From assembly GCF_000757865.1 (NCBI RefSeq), contig NZ_CP007754.1:180001-212000 (forward strand): 32,000 bases of DNA. The letters run 5' to 3'. Shown here piece after piece: positions 1-8,883 of the stretch; position 1 is the stretch's first letter; every line of letters starts with the position of its first letter. Source of the DNA: Prochlorococcus sp. MIT 0801. GTDB lineage: Bacteria > Cyanobacteriota > Cyanobacteriia > PCC-6307 > Cyanobiaceae. The notes beneath the pieces are model-generated. The model was not told the origin of the DNA. It did not search any database and saw only the letters and a list, made by a program, of their open reading frames with translations. A program made the position numbers and the translations under genes.

Positions 1-1
1 A

Positions 2-466
2 TTAAGAAAGATTCCGTACATACTTTCTTTGATTGGACTATGCTTATTTGCTTTTTCTTTATTAATTAAGTTAAAGATTCTCAACGTTGGAGAAGGTTAC
101 TTTTATGCAATTTTTTTTATTAGTTTAGCTTGGTTTTTTGGGGGATTATCATTATCTAATTCAAGAAAGAATATTAGAAAGATGGGTTTTATTGGTTTGA
201 TTTTTGGAAGCATAATAGGTTTATTCTTTTTTGTGAGTTCTAAATTTTGGTTATGGGAAATAAATGAAAACTGGGATGTAAGACCTGTAGCTGAATTTAT
301 ACATGACTTTCCTAATCAAAAAATTTTTATTAGAAATAGCTTTGAGCGTCCAAGTTTAAATTGGTATTCAGGAAAACAAATCAAAAGTTTCGACGAAGAA
401 AATAAAAGTAAATGCAAAGTAATTAAGAAAACTAATGATTGGGATCTATATACATGTAATGATTAA
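2..466 (+). CDS. C-terminal fragment of a polytopic membrane protein, candidate ArnT/PMT-type (GT39-like) glycosyltransferase. The 5' end lies upstream of the window.
   Basis: The reading frame is open from base 2 (LRKIPYILS precedes the listed Met). Hydrophobic helices (LCLFAFSLLI, YFYAIFFISLAWFFGGL, FIGLIFGSIIGLFFFV) are followed by a soluble tail containing ERPSLNWYSG, which resembles ArnT-type C-termini. Family assignment is from memory only. Confidence 0.45.
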   Translation, partial: LRKIPYILSLIGLCLFAFSLLIKLKILNVGEGYFYAIFFISLAWFFGGLSLSNSRKNIRKMGFIGLIFGSIIGLFFFVSSKFWLWEINENWDVRPVAEFIHDFPNQKIFIRNSFERPSLNWYSGKQIKSFDEENKSKCKVIKKTNDWDLYTCND

Positions 467-548
467 ATAAAATATTATTATTAACATATTTTTCTCTTCT
501 TCTGCTTTTATTTGTAAGAATAAATTAGTAATAACGTTCTTCTGAAAA

Positions 549-809
549 GTGTATTGTATTGAGCTTACTATTAAACTAAGTCCTATGCCTTTGGTGGTTC
601 AGAGAAAAGAGCATGGAGATGCAAAGAGGCTTTATTCTGAAGTAATAGATTCTATCAAAAATGGTAATCCAAGGCTCCTAGAATTGACTTGTGAAAAAGT
701 AGAAGATAAAAGAATTACTTTTCTTGTAAGCGAAATTACAGCTGTACAAATTTATGAAAAGACTAGTAGCAGCACTAGCAAACGGCCTGGATTTTCACTC
801 CAGAATTAA
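549..809 (+). CDS. Small conserved cyanobacterial protein, recalled as the UPF0367 family
   Basis: 86-aa ORF with a GTG start. The N-terminus [21 protein letters not shown]...LELTCEK...[13 protein letters not shown] matches my recollection of cyanobacterial UPF0367 proteins. It is compactly placed 23 nt upstream of the next gene. Confidence 0.6.
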   Translation: MYCIELTIKLSPMPLVVQRKEHGDAKRLYSEVIDSIKNGNPRLLELTCEKVEDKRITFLVSEITAVQIYEKTSSSTSKRPGFSLQN

Positions 810-832
810 GAAACAATAGGAGTCATTCAATT

Positions 833-1519
833 TTGGAACGAACCAATTCGTCTGGCTATTTGGAATTTGATCAAGTCTCTTTTTCTTGGCCCAATGGAGT
901 CAAAGTCATAGATCAATGCTCTTTTTCAATTGTAAAACCTGGTTTGTGGATGCTGGTTGGTGAAAACGGAAGCGGTAAAAGCACCTTGTTTCGCTTGATA
1001 AATGGAGGGATTCGACCTAAGAGCGGAAAAATTTTCTGTTCTCTCAGCCCAACAATGGTTTATCAAAATCCAGATCACCAATTGCTTATGCCAACATGTA
1101 AAAGTGAGTTGATGCTTAGCGTTCCTAAAACCATTCCCAAAACTAATCTATTGGACTTAATTCATTCTGCTCTTGAAAAAGTGGACTTGTGTGAAATGTT
1201 GGATAGGCCTATTCATACTTTAAGTGGTGGCCAAAAGCAGCGTTTAGCTCTTGCTGGAGCAATTGTTAGCAATTCAAATTTACTTTTACTTGATGAGCCC
1301 ACAGCTCTATTGGACCCTCAAAGTCAAAATTCAGTTTTGAAAGTTATGAAAAAATTGACAAGTTCCTCTGCTGATCCAATTACAGCAATATGGGTTACTC
1401 ATCGATTGGAAGAATTATATTTTTGTGATGGAGCGGCAATTCTTAAAAATGGAGCTATCAGCAGTTGGAATTCTGGTTCAAAAGTGTTCCAAGAAATAAA
1501 ATCACTTGCCCTTAGGTAG
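833..1519 (+). CDS. ABC transporter ATP-binding protein (CbiO/EcfA-like), with no adjacent permease gene
   Basis: Walker A GENGSGKST, ABC signature LSGGQKQR, Walker B LLLLDEPT, H-loop VTHR. TTG start with TAGGAG about 11 nt upstream. Confidence 0.85.
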   Translation: MERTNSSGYLEFDQVSFSWPNGVKVIDQCSFSIVKPGLWMLVGENGSGKSTLFRLINGGIRPKSGKIFCSLSPTMVYQNPDHQLLMPTCKSELMLSVPKTIPKTNLLDLIHSALEKVDLCEMLDRPIHTLSGGQKQRLALAGAIVSNSNLLLLDEPTALLDPQSQNSVLKVMKKLTSSSADPITAIWVTHRLEELYFCDGAAILKNGAISSWNSGSKVFQEIKSLALR

Positions 1520-1548
1520 CTGGCAAGGGTAAGTTCTTAATGTTGTAA

Positions 1549-1620
1549 TCCTCGGTAGCTCAGCGGTAGAGCGATCGGCTGTTAACCGATTGGTCGCAGG
1601 TTCGAATCCCGCCCGGGGAG
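1549..1620 (+). tRNA. tRNA-Asn (anticodon GTT)
   Basis: Hand-folded cloverleaf. Acceptor TCCTCGG/CCGGGGA has one G-U pair. D arm is GCTC-AGCGGTA-GAGC. Anticodon stem ATCGG/CCGAT carries loop CTGTTAA, giving GTT. Variable loop is TGGTC. T arm GCAGG-TTCGAAT-CCCGC has one A-C mismatch. Discriminator is G, and CCA is not encoded. Confidence 0.9.
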
Positions 1621-1937
1621 TTTTTAAAGGTAAATGTAAATTTGTTTTTACATAAGAATAAATTTGTTGATTTTTAAGTTTGAAAAAAAAGTTTCTTTAT
1701 CTTTAATTTAAAATTTTTTATAGAATTTTTTTAGATTTTTTATGAAAGTTTTGAGAATTCCTTAACAGTAAAGCCTTGGAATCGGAAGACTTTCTAAAGA
1801 CAGTGCAATGACTTTTCGCCTTTTCAGGGATAAAAAACCAGTGATACTAGTTATAGTTGCTGATTAACCTATGGAAAACCAAGTTTGTCGAATTCTGCAA
1901 TAAAAACAAAATTTTGAGAGAATCATATGAATCTTGA

Positions 1938-1962
1938 GTAGTCGCAACTGCGGGTACTTTTT
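1938..1962 (+). terminator. Terminator-like hairpin plus T5 run in the rpaA leader (candidate attenuator or sRNA 3' end)
   Basis: GTAGTCGC-AACT-GCGGGTAC pairs 1938-1945 with 1950-1957. That gives 7 pairs including one G-U, with one G-G mismatch at 1941/1954 and a 4-nt loop. It is followed directly by TTTTT (1958-1962) then AATTT. The rpaA ATG is at 1980. Confidence 0.3.
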
Positions 1963-1979
1963 AATTTGGGCAATTATTA

Positions 1980-2777
1980 ATGAAGCCTTGCATTTTACTC
2001 ATTGAAGACGACCAAGACATGAGAGATCTGGTTGCAGGGCATCTTGAGCACACTGGTTTTGATGTCCAAAAAGCTGAGGACGGAATCAAGGGTCAAGCTC
2101 TCGCTTTGCAATACGCTCCTGATTTAATTCTTCTTGATTTGATGCTTCCTAAAGTTGATGGTTTAACTCTTTGTCAGCGTTTAAGAAGAGATGAGAGAAC
2201 ATCCGCAATACCTATTCTTATGATTACAGCTTTAGGTGGAATCAAAGACAAAGTTACGGGTTTTAATTCTGGTGCAGATGATTACATCACAAAACCATTT
2301 GAACTCGAGGAATTACAAGTAAGGATAAAGGCGTTATTAAGAAGAACTAATCGAGCACCATTAGGAAGTAATAATCAGCAAGAAATACTCAATTACGGCC
2401 CTCTTACACTTGTTCCTGAAAGATTTGAGGCGATATGGTTCGAATCTCCAGTTCGTTTGACTCATTTAGAATTTGAATTGCTCCATTGTTTAATGCAAAG
2501 GCATGGTCAGACAGTTGCCCCTTCATTAATCCTAAAAGAAGTGTGGGGTTACGAGCCTGACGATGATATTGAGACTATTAGAGTCCATGTAAGACATTTA
2601 AGAACCAAGCTTGAACCTGACCCAAGAAAACCAAAATTCATCAAAACTGTTTATGGTGCTGGATATTGCTTGGAGTTACCAACAGGGGAAAAAATAAGGG
2701 AAATTCAACCATTAATAACTCAGGCGAGAGAAAATAACTCTTTAAAAAATAATAAGGATGAAAGAGTGATTGCTTAA
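1980..2777 (+). CDS. rpaA: OmpR-family response regulator RpaA (circadian/light output regulator)
   Basis: Receiver domain ([24 protein letters not shown]) plus a winged-helix output domain ([21 protein letters not shown]). The stretch [11 protein letters not shown]...[10 protein letters not shown] matches my recollection of Synechococcus elongatus RpaA. Confidence 0.85.
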   Translation: MKPCILLIEDDQDMRDLVAGHLEHTGFDVQKAEDGIKGQALALQYAPDLILLDLMLPKVDGLTLCQRLRRDERTSAIPILMITALGGIKDKVTGFNSGADDYITKPFELEELQVRIKALLRRTNRAPLGSNNQQEILNYGPLTLVPERFEAIWFESPVRLTHLEFELLHCLMQRHGQTVAPSLILKEVWGYEPDDDIETIRVHVRHLRTKLEPDPRKPKFIKTVYGAGYCLELPTGEKIREIQPLITQARENNSLKNNKDERVIA

Positions 2778-3733
2778 TCAAGCAAATTTATTTCTAATAA
2801 AGTTACTTCCCAAGCAAGTCTAGGTTGAACAAATTTCAATAATTGTTTTCTCAGTTCTTCAAGTTGTATGACAATACTGGAATTTTTTTCTTTTATCCAA
2901 GCCCTATTTTGTTGAAAATCAATAAGCCATAGTTGTTGCTCTATGTCAAGTTCATCAGTGATTTCCTTGGCTAATTTCAATAACTCAATTGGATTATTTA
3001 ATTTGATTTCTAACTTTTGTCTTAATGGAGTTGAAAAGGATAACCAAAATTGAAGATTTACGATACTGCGTCCAGGAGATCCATATGAAAAATTGATTAA
3101 TTCTCTAATTTTGTCACTAGGAATATCATCTGTTTTTTGAACAACTTCTGATTTCTCAATAATTTTCTTTAATTGATAATCATCCAGGCGTATAAATGGA
3201 ACTATTTGACATCTGGATCTAATGGTTGATAATAATTTCTCTGGTCTTTGAGTGATAAGAATAAATAATCCTTTATATGTCTCTTCAAGAGTTTTTAATA
3301 ATGCATTTGATGCAGATTCATTTATTCTTTCAATATCTTCAATTATTACTATGCTTCTTTCTGATTCAAATGGCTTTTTCCCTAGAAATTCTATTATTTC
3401 TTTAATTTGATTTAGTCTTATTTGCGGAGGCGACTTCATATTGATACCATCTAACCTTGCTTTTGTCTGAGAAATACTTTGACCTTGGACTATGTAAGAT
3501 GGCTCGACCCATAATAAGTCAGGATGATTATTACTATTTATTCTTCTTTTTGTACTTTCTTTTTCTTGATTTTTGTCAAGAATAGCTTTGATGAATATTT
3601 TAGCAGTTTTTTTTCTTCCAACTCCCTCTGGACCAGAAAATAAATAAGCTTGAGAAATATGTTCTTTTGAAATAGCAGATTTTAAAATTTTAATTGCTAA
3701 CTCTTGCCCATATATATTTTTAAAATCGTCCAT
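2774..3733 (-). CDS. holB: DNA polymerase III delta-prime subunit
   Basis: AAA+ clamp-loader fold signatures: [15 protein letters not shown] (P-loop-like), [13 protein letters not shown] (sensor/SRC motif). Position immediately downstream of tmk is typical. Confidence 0.85.
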   Translation of the reverse strand: MDDFKNIYGQELAIKILKSAISKEHISQAYLFSGPEGVGRKKTAKIFIKAILDKNQEKESTKRRINSNNHPDLLWVEPSYIVQGQSISQTKARLDGINMKSPPQIRLNQIKEIIEFLGKKPFESERSIVIIEDIERINESASNALLKTLEETYKGLFILITQRPEKLLSTIRSRCQIVPFIRLDDYQLKKIIEKSEVVQKTDDIPSDKIRELINFSYGSPGRSIVNLQFWLSFSTPLRQKLEIKLNNPIELLKLAKEITDELDIEQQLWLIDFQQNRAWIKEKNSSIVIQLEELRKQLLKFVQPRLAWEVTLLEINLLD

Positions 3734-3734
3734 T

Positions 3735-4370
3735 TTATTTGTCTTTTATTAATTTCTTGATCTCAGATTTAATCTCGGACATGATAATTTCTTTAGAGTT
3801 AATAGCAGATATTTTTTTCCAGTTACTGTCCTCGGACAATGCTTGAAAGCCTAGAGAAACATTTGATAAAAACTCTCTACCTTCTTTTTCTATGCGATCA
3901 TCTTTTCTATTTATTCTTCTTCTTATACTTTCTTCAATAGGTATGTCTAATAGAAATGTAATATCTGGAGCAATGCCCTGTGTGGATATGGCTTCGAGAT
4001 CTTTAATTAAATTGATATCTAACTTCCTTCCATAACCTTGATACGCAAGTGTTGATCCACAAAATCTATCGCTTATTAACCAATCCCCTCTATCCAAAGT
4101 TGGGCGAATAATTTCATTTATATGTTGTGATCTATCTGCGGCATAAAGCAAAAGCTCAGTAATAGAATCTGGACTTTTTTCTATAGAAGTATCTAGTAGA
4201 AGCGATCTTATTGATTTTCCTAATTTAGTTCCTCCTGGCTCTCTAGTGATAACTAATTTATTGTTTTCAGGTATGAGGTTGGTACTAATAAGCCATTTGG
4301 ATAATTGATTGATTTGAGTAGTTTTGCCTGAGCCATCAATACCTTCAAAAACAATAAACTTTCCTTTCAT
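3735..4370 (-). CDS. tmk: Thymidylate kinase
   Basis: P-loop FIVFEGIDGSGKTTQ, TREPGGT, and a DRF-type motif (SDRFCGSTLAYQG). Its ATG overlaps the upstream ATPase stop (ATGA at 4367-4370). Confidence 0.92.
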   Translation of the reverse strand: MKGKFIVFEGIDGSGKTTQINQLSKWLISTNLIPENNKLVITREPGGTKLGKSIRSLLLDTSIEKSPDSITELLLYAADRSQHINEIIRPTLDRGDWLISDRFCGSTLAYQGYGRKLDINLIKDLEAISTQGIAPDITFLLDIPIEESIRRRINRKDDRIEKEGREFLSNVSLGFQALSEDSNWKKISAINSKEIIMSEIKSEIKKLIKDK

Positions 4371-6697
4371 TTTGACTTCAAAGATAAAGCATTAAGTACA
4401 ACACTTATAGAGCTCAAAGCCATAAGTAAAGCCGCTAAGGGAGGAGATAGTAATAAGCCAGAAGACGGTAAAAGTAATCCTGCAGCAATTGGTAAAGCAA
4501 TTAAGTTGTATCCAAATGCCCATGCAAGGTTTTGTTTTATTTTGAGCATTGCTTGCTTGGATAGATTTAAAGCATTTGGAAGAGATTCCAAGTTTTCTCC
4601 AAGTAGAACAAGATCAGCAGAATCTTGAGCGATTTGAGTTCCGGTTCCTATCGCTACTCCCAAGTCTGCAGCGGCAAGAGCTGGAGCATCATTAATTCCA
4701 TCACCGATCATCGCGACTAAACCATTATTCTTTAATAAGTTCAACTTATTAAGCTTGTCTGAGGGTAACATTTGCCATCTAATTTGATTTGCACTAAATC
4801 CCAATTTTTCCCCTATAGATAAAACGGCTGAATCTCTATCACCACTAAACAAACTTAATGAAAAACCTCTTGAGCGTAATTTATTAATTGAAAGAAAAGC
4901 ATCTTTTCTTATTTGGTCTTCAATCAAGAAAAAACCTAATAATTTTTTATCCAAAGCAACTGCAACTATAGATTGAGCTTTTGTTTTTGAAAGCTTGAAA
5001 TTATTTTCAATCATTTCATTCCATTCAATTCCTTCGCTTTTGATCCATTCCGGAGTGCCGACTCTTATGAGTCCTTCTAAATTATTAAGTTTGCCAGCTA
5101 AGCCTTTACCTGGATACGTGGATGACCTTGACACTTTTTCTAGTTTGATTTCTTTTTTATGTGCTTCTTGAATAATTGCTTGGGCCAGCGGATGCCGACT
5201 TTCTTGTTCAATGCTTGCCGCCAATTTGAGCATGAAATTTCTTTCTGACTCCTTGTTATTCCAGTAGCCAACAACTAAAGGCCTTCCAATCGTGAGAGTA
5301 CCTGTTTTATCAAAAATAATTTGACTTATTTTTGATGCCATTTCTATGACATCTCCACCCTTGAACAGCCATCCTCGTTTAGCAGCTTCCCCAGAGGCAA
5401 CTGTTATTACCGTTGGCGTGGCAAGTCCTAGTGCACATGGACAGGCCACAACTAAAACAGCTATTGACAATTGAAACGAGAGTCCAATAGGTGTTTGAGA
5501 TATATTCATTAAATGATCATGCAAGTTATGGCTATGCATGAAACCTGTATTAGATACTTCTAAAACTTCTGGCCATATCCTCGTCCCTATTTTCCACCAA
5601 AAAAGAAAAGTTATTAAAGCAAGAGTTGTTACCCCATAGCAGAACATACCTGCCACCTGGTCTGCTAATCCCTGAATTGGTGCTTTTCTAGATTGGGCTT
5701 CTTCAACTAAACTTATTATTTTAGCTATTGCCGTTTCAGCTCCAATTCTTTGAACTTCTAAAGTAATTGTTGACTCTAAATTTAGGCTGCCTGAGGGCAG
5801 CTCGACCCCTGGTGTTGCTTCTAGCGGTAAAGACTCGCCAGTTAAACTAGATATATCTATTGCCGAATTTCCTTTTATAACTAAGCCATCTACTGGGATT
5901 CTATCCCCAGCTAATAATTGAATTTTTTCTCCTGGTCTTAGAGCACCTATTCTAATTTCACGAATTTCGTCATTGTCTAAGATTAGATTGGCTGTTTCGG
6001 GTTGTAATTTTGCTAATTGTTTTAACGCTGTGCCAGTGTTGACTCGTGCTCTTTCCTCTAAAAAACGTCCCAATAGAACAAATCCAAGCAGCATAACCGG
6101 TTCATTGAAAAAACATGGCCAGCCAACTGTCGGCCAAATTAAAGCAATTATGCTTGCTATGTAAGCACTCATCACACCAAGACTAACTAAGGTATCCATA
6201 GTCGGCGTAAGCATGATTGCGGACTTTAGTCCTGCTCTTAGGATCGCTTTACCCGGTCCAAATAAAGCAAATGTTGCAAGTGCAGCATGAAAAGGTAATG
6301 AACCAATAAGTGGAAAAGATATTTGTTGACCCTCTACTAAATGTCCCAACCCTGAAAGGATTAATAATGAAATAGCAATTATTAGTTGTCGCCATTTATT
6401 CCATAAATTTTGATTTTCGTTTCTCTCTAACTCTGTATCTTTTAAAATTGTTTGATTAGGTCTTTCCCTGGATGGAAAACCCTTGGAGGTAAGAGTTTGT
6501 ATTACATCGTAAAGGGGATTATTAGGATCTTTAATTTCTAAAAAAGCCGTTTTTGTAACTAAATTAACGCTTGCACTATTTATGTTTGGGTGGTTTTTAA
6601 GTATTTTTTCAACTGCCTGTACGCAACTTCCGCATTTCATTCCATCTACATCCAGCAGAATTGTATTTTTGCTTTGGGCAATCTTTTTGTTGCTCAA
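4367..6697 (-). CDS. Copper-translocating P1B-type ATPase (CtaA/PacS class)
   Basis: N-terminal HMA domain with GMKCGSC, transmembrane CPC motif (ACPCALGLATP), phosphorylation site DKTGTLT, hinge GDGINDAP, TGES. I cannot tell the CtaA from the PacS paralogue without phylogeny. Confidence 0.9.
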   Translation of the reverse strand: MSNKKIAQSKNTILLDVDGMKCGSCVQAVEKILKNHPNINSASVNLVTKTAFLEIKDPNNPLYDVIQTLTSKGFPSRERPNQTILKDTELERNENQNLWNKWRQLIIAISLLILSGLGHLVEGQQISFPLIGSLPFHAALATFALFGPGKAILRAGLKSAIMLTPTMDTLVSLGVMSAYIASIIALIWPTVGWPCFFNEPVMLLGFVLLGRFLEERARVNTGTALKQLAKLQPETANLILDNDEIREIRIGALRPGEKIQLLAGDRIPVDGLVIKGNSAIDISSLTGESLPLEATPGVELPSGSLNLESTITLEVQRIGAETAIAKIISLVEEAQSRKAPIQGLADQVAGMFCYGVTTLALITFLFWWKIGTRIWPEVLEVSNTGFMHSHNLHDHLMNISQTPIGLSFQLSIAVLVVACPCALGLATPTVITVASGEAAKRGWLFKGGDVIEMASKISQIIFDKTGTLTIGRPLVVGYWNNKESERNFMLKLAASIEQESRHPLAQAIIQEAHKKEIKLEKVSRSSTYPGKGLAGKLNNLEGLIRVGTPEWIKSEGIEWNEMIENNFKLSKTKAQSIVAVALDKKLLGFFLIEDQIRKDAFLSINKLRSRGFSLSLFSGDRDSAVLSIGEKLGFSANQIRWQMLPSDKLNKLNLLKNNGLVAMIGDGINDAPALAAADLGVAIGTGTQIAQDSADLVLLGENLESLPNALNLSKQAMLKIKQNLAWAFGYNLIALPIAAGLLLPSSGLLLSPPLAALLMALSSISVVLNALSLKSK

Positions 6698-6858
6698 GGG
6701 AATATAAATTTTGGATACCTATTCTAAATTTAATAAATAAAAAGCATGTTGCATTTATTTAATAATTTATTAATACAAAAAAATTAGTTTCATTATTTCT
6801 ATACATTTTTTTTATTTTCAGGCAGGATAGAATTGTATGTATTGATATTTGTTCAATC

Positions 6859-7380
6859 GTGCCTAGAAGTCAAAACAAAGACAATTTTCTTGATAAGGCC
6901 TTCACGAAGATGGCTGAGGGAATAGTGAAAGTGATGCCAATCGACTCCAAAGAAAAAGAAGCCTATCTTTATTACAGAAAAGGTTTGGCAGCTCAAAATG
7001 ATGGAGATTACTCAGAGGCTCTGGAGTATTACGAAGAGAGCTTAAAACTTGAGGACAATCAAGTTGATAGAGGAGAGACATTAAAAAACATGGCAATAAT
7101 TTATATGAGTAATGGAGATGAAGAGAGAGCTCTAAATACATATAAAAAAGCTTTGGGACAAAATCCCAAACAGCCATCTTGCTTAAAAAATATGGGATTA
7201 ATCTATGAAAAAAGAGGAAGAATGGCTCAAAGAAATGGTAATCAAGATGAGTGTGATATCTGGTTCGATCAAGCAGCTGAAGTTTGGAGTAAAGCTGTTC
7301 GTTTATACCCTGGAGGATATTTAGATATAGAAAATTGGCTGAAGACTACTGGCAGAGGAAATGTTGATGTTTATTTATAA
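6859..7380 (+). CDS. ycf3: Photosystem I assembly protein Ycf3 (TPR protein)
   Basis: GTG start. [15 protein letters not shown]...[28 protein letters not shown]...[10 protein letters not shown] is the characteristic three-TPR Ycf3 sequence. Confidence 0.93.
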   Translation: MPRSQNKDNFLDKAFTKMAEGIVKVMPIDSKEKEAYLYYRKGLAAQNDGDYSEALEYYEESLKLEDNQVDRGETLKNMAIIYMSNGDEERALNTYKKALGQNPKQPSCLKNMGLIYEKRGRMAQRNGNQDECDIWFDQAAEVWSKAVRLYPGGYLDIENWLKTTGRGNVDVYL

Positions 7381-7396
7381 GTCATTAAAACGTGGA

Positions 7397-8776
7397 TTAA
7401 CTATTATCTAAAGCATAGATTAAAGCTTGATTAATATTCGAAGCTTTTAATATTTTTAATTTTTGATTCGTTTCAAACTCACTCGTATCTATTCCTTCTG
7501 GGATAATTAATGTGTGATATCCAAGTCTTATAACTTCATTAATTCGTTGTTGCATTTGTCTTACTAATCTTAATTGACCAGCTAAACCTATTTCTCCTAT
7601 AAAAACTACACCTTCCTCAAGTTCAATATCTTTATAGCTTGAAACTATTGCAGCAGCTATTCCTAAATCAGCACCAGGTTCTTCGACTTCTAATCCCCCA
7701 GCTACAGCTAAATAACAGTCATATCTTGAGAGTGAAAGATTCATATTTTTTTCTAGAACTGCCAAGATTTGATGAAGCCTGTTTATCTCAATACCAGTTG
7801 TGGTTCTTCTTGGACTTGCATAACTCGTGGGATTTAACAGTGCTTGTATATCGATGGCTAATGGTCTTGTTCCCTCACAAGTAACAATTGTTGAAATTCC
7901 AGGTGCAGAGGTTTTGCTTAAAAATAATTCACTTGGATTAGGTACCTCCGATAATCCATCTGCTTGCATTTCAAATACTCCAAGCTCAGAAGTGGCACCA
8001 AAGCGATTTTTCACCCCTCTTAGAAGTCTGTGAGAAGCGAATCGATCTCCCTCAAAAGTAAGTACTGCATCCACAAGATGCTCAAGAACTTTTGGTCCGG
8101 CTAACATTCCATCCTTCGTTACGTGCCCGATGATCAAAAGAGAAATGTTTTGTCGCTTAGCAATTTGCTGCAAAGCTGCTGAACATTCTCTCACTTGGGC
8201 TACTGAGCCCGGTGAACTTGATAAATTTTGATCATGCAAAGCTTGAATACTATCAATCACTGCAACGTCAGGTTTTAAATGATCAAGCTCTTTAATAACT
8301 AGCTCTAGATCTGTTTCTGAGAGTAAATGAAGATTGGACTCAGAATCCTCAATTCGATTCCATCTAAGTTTTACTTGTTGAGCAGATTCTTCAGCAGCCA
8401 CATAAAGGACTGATCTTTGACGAGCCATTTCAGTCGCACTTTGCAAAATGAGAGTGCTTTTCCCAATACCTGGATCTCCCCCAATTAGTACAAGTGATCC
8501 AGGCACTAAGCCACCTCCAAGTACCCTGTCTAATTCCTCATATCCACTTGAAATGCGTTCAATAAGTTGGTTTTTTGTTTGGCTTATTAGTTCTGAACGA
8601 TAGGGAGATTTTTCCTTAGAAGAATTAATCTTTGTGTAAAAAGATTTATCTGATTTTTGATTAATTTTTTCCTCTATTATTGAGTTCCATTCTCCACAAT
8701 TGTTGCAGCGGCCAAAGAATTGCCTGGTTTGTGCACCGCAACTTTGACAGACATAAATAGAGACAGAACGAGACAC
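7397..8776 (-). CDS. radA: DNA repair protein RadA/Sms
   Basis: N-terminal zinc ribbon CQSCGAQTRQFFGRCNNCGEW, RecA-like Walker A GGDPGIGKSTL, KNRFG motif, C-terminal Lon-like domain. Confidence 0.93.
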   Translation of the reverse strand: MSRSVSIYVCQSCGAQTRQFFGRCNNCGEWNSIIEEKINQKSDKSFYTKINSSKEKSPYRSELISQTKNQLIERISSGYEELDRVLGGGLVPGSLVLIGGDPGIGKSTLILQSATEMARQRSVLYVAAEESAQQVKLRWNRIEDSESNLHLLSETDLELVIKELDHLKPDVAVIDSIQALHDQNLSSSPGSVAQVRECSAALQQIAKRQNISLLIIGHVTKDGMLAGPKVLEHLVDAVLTFEGDRFASHRLLRGVKNRFGATSELGVFEMQADGLSEVPNPSELFLSKTSAPGISTIVTCEGTRPLAIDIQALLNPTSYASPRRTTTGIEINRLHQILAVLEKNMNLSLSRYDCYLAVAGGLEVEEPGADLGIAAAIVSSYKDIELEEGVVFIGEIGLAGQLRLVRQMQQRINEVIRLGYHTLIIPEGIDTSEFETNQKLKILKASNINQALIYALDNS

Positions 8777-8883
8777 TTATTTGTAAAAAGGAAGTTGGCT
8801 GTAGTTGAATAAAGATAGTGATCTTTAAATGTTGGTGAACCTTCGCTTAAGATCTTGTCGCAGCCGCCAAAGCTAAGGAACAA

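Noticed and set aside
497-544. 8-nt direct repeat TTCTTCTG at 497-504 and 537-544, upstream of the UPF0367-like gene
   Set aside because: It is short and pyrimidine-rich, expected by chance in this composition, with no associated structure.
1634-1653. Hairpin ATGTAAA-TTTGTT-TTTACAT just after the tRNA, considered as a terminator
   Set aside because: The stem is 7 bp with a single G-C pair, otherwise A-T, and no downstream T-run, so its predicted stability is too low to call.
1647-1654. HLR1-like RpaB half-sites TTTACATA at 1647-1654 and 23705-23712 (both within the identical 11-mer TTTTTACATAA)
   Set aside because: HLR1 requires two direct repeats spaced by 2 nt. The second repeat is poor in both cases (AATAAATT and TTTTTTAG). 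An AT-rich 8-mer or 11-mer recurring once in AT-rich spacers is compatible with chance.
1808-1867. Micro-ORFs in the rpaA leader: MTFRLFRDKKPVILVIVAD (1808-1867) and a 10-codon ORF starting near 1872
   Set aside because: They are too short, have no ribosome-binding site, and have no recognisable peptide family. They are kept only as an alternative explanation within the leader finding.
1621-1979. Possible genomic-island or prophage attachment remnant downstream of tRNA-Asn
   Set aside because: No direct repeat of the tRNA 3' half is present. The nearest look-alike, GTCGCA at 1941, does not extend. There is no integrase and no foreign gene content, and the flanking genes are core genes.
6828-6833. 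TAGAAT -10-like hexamer 25 nt upstream of the ycf3 GTG, and similar hexamers in other spacers
   Set aside because: No matching -35 element at proper spacing was found. TA-rich hexamers are ubiquitous here, so promoter calls are not supportable by eye.
5973-8883. ORF-track ORFs 5973-6164(+), 6902-7177(-), 7639-7884(+), 7827-8033(+), 8677-8883(-)
   Set aside because: All lie antisense or out of frame inside the well-supported ATPase, ycf3 and radA genes or their immediate flank. They are 63-91 aa with low-complexity, non-protein-like sequence, and I recognise no motifs.
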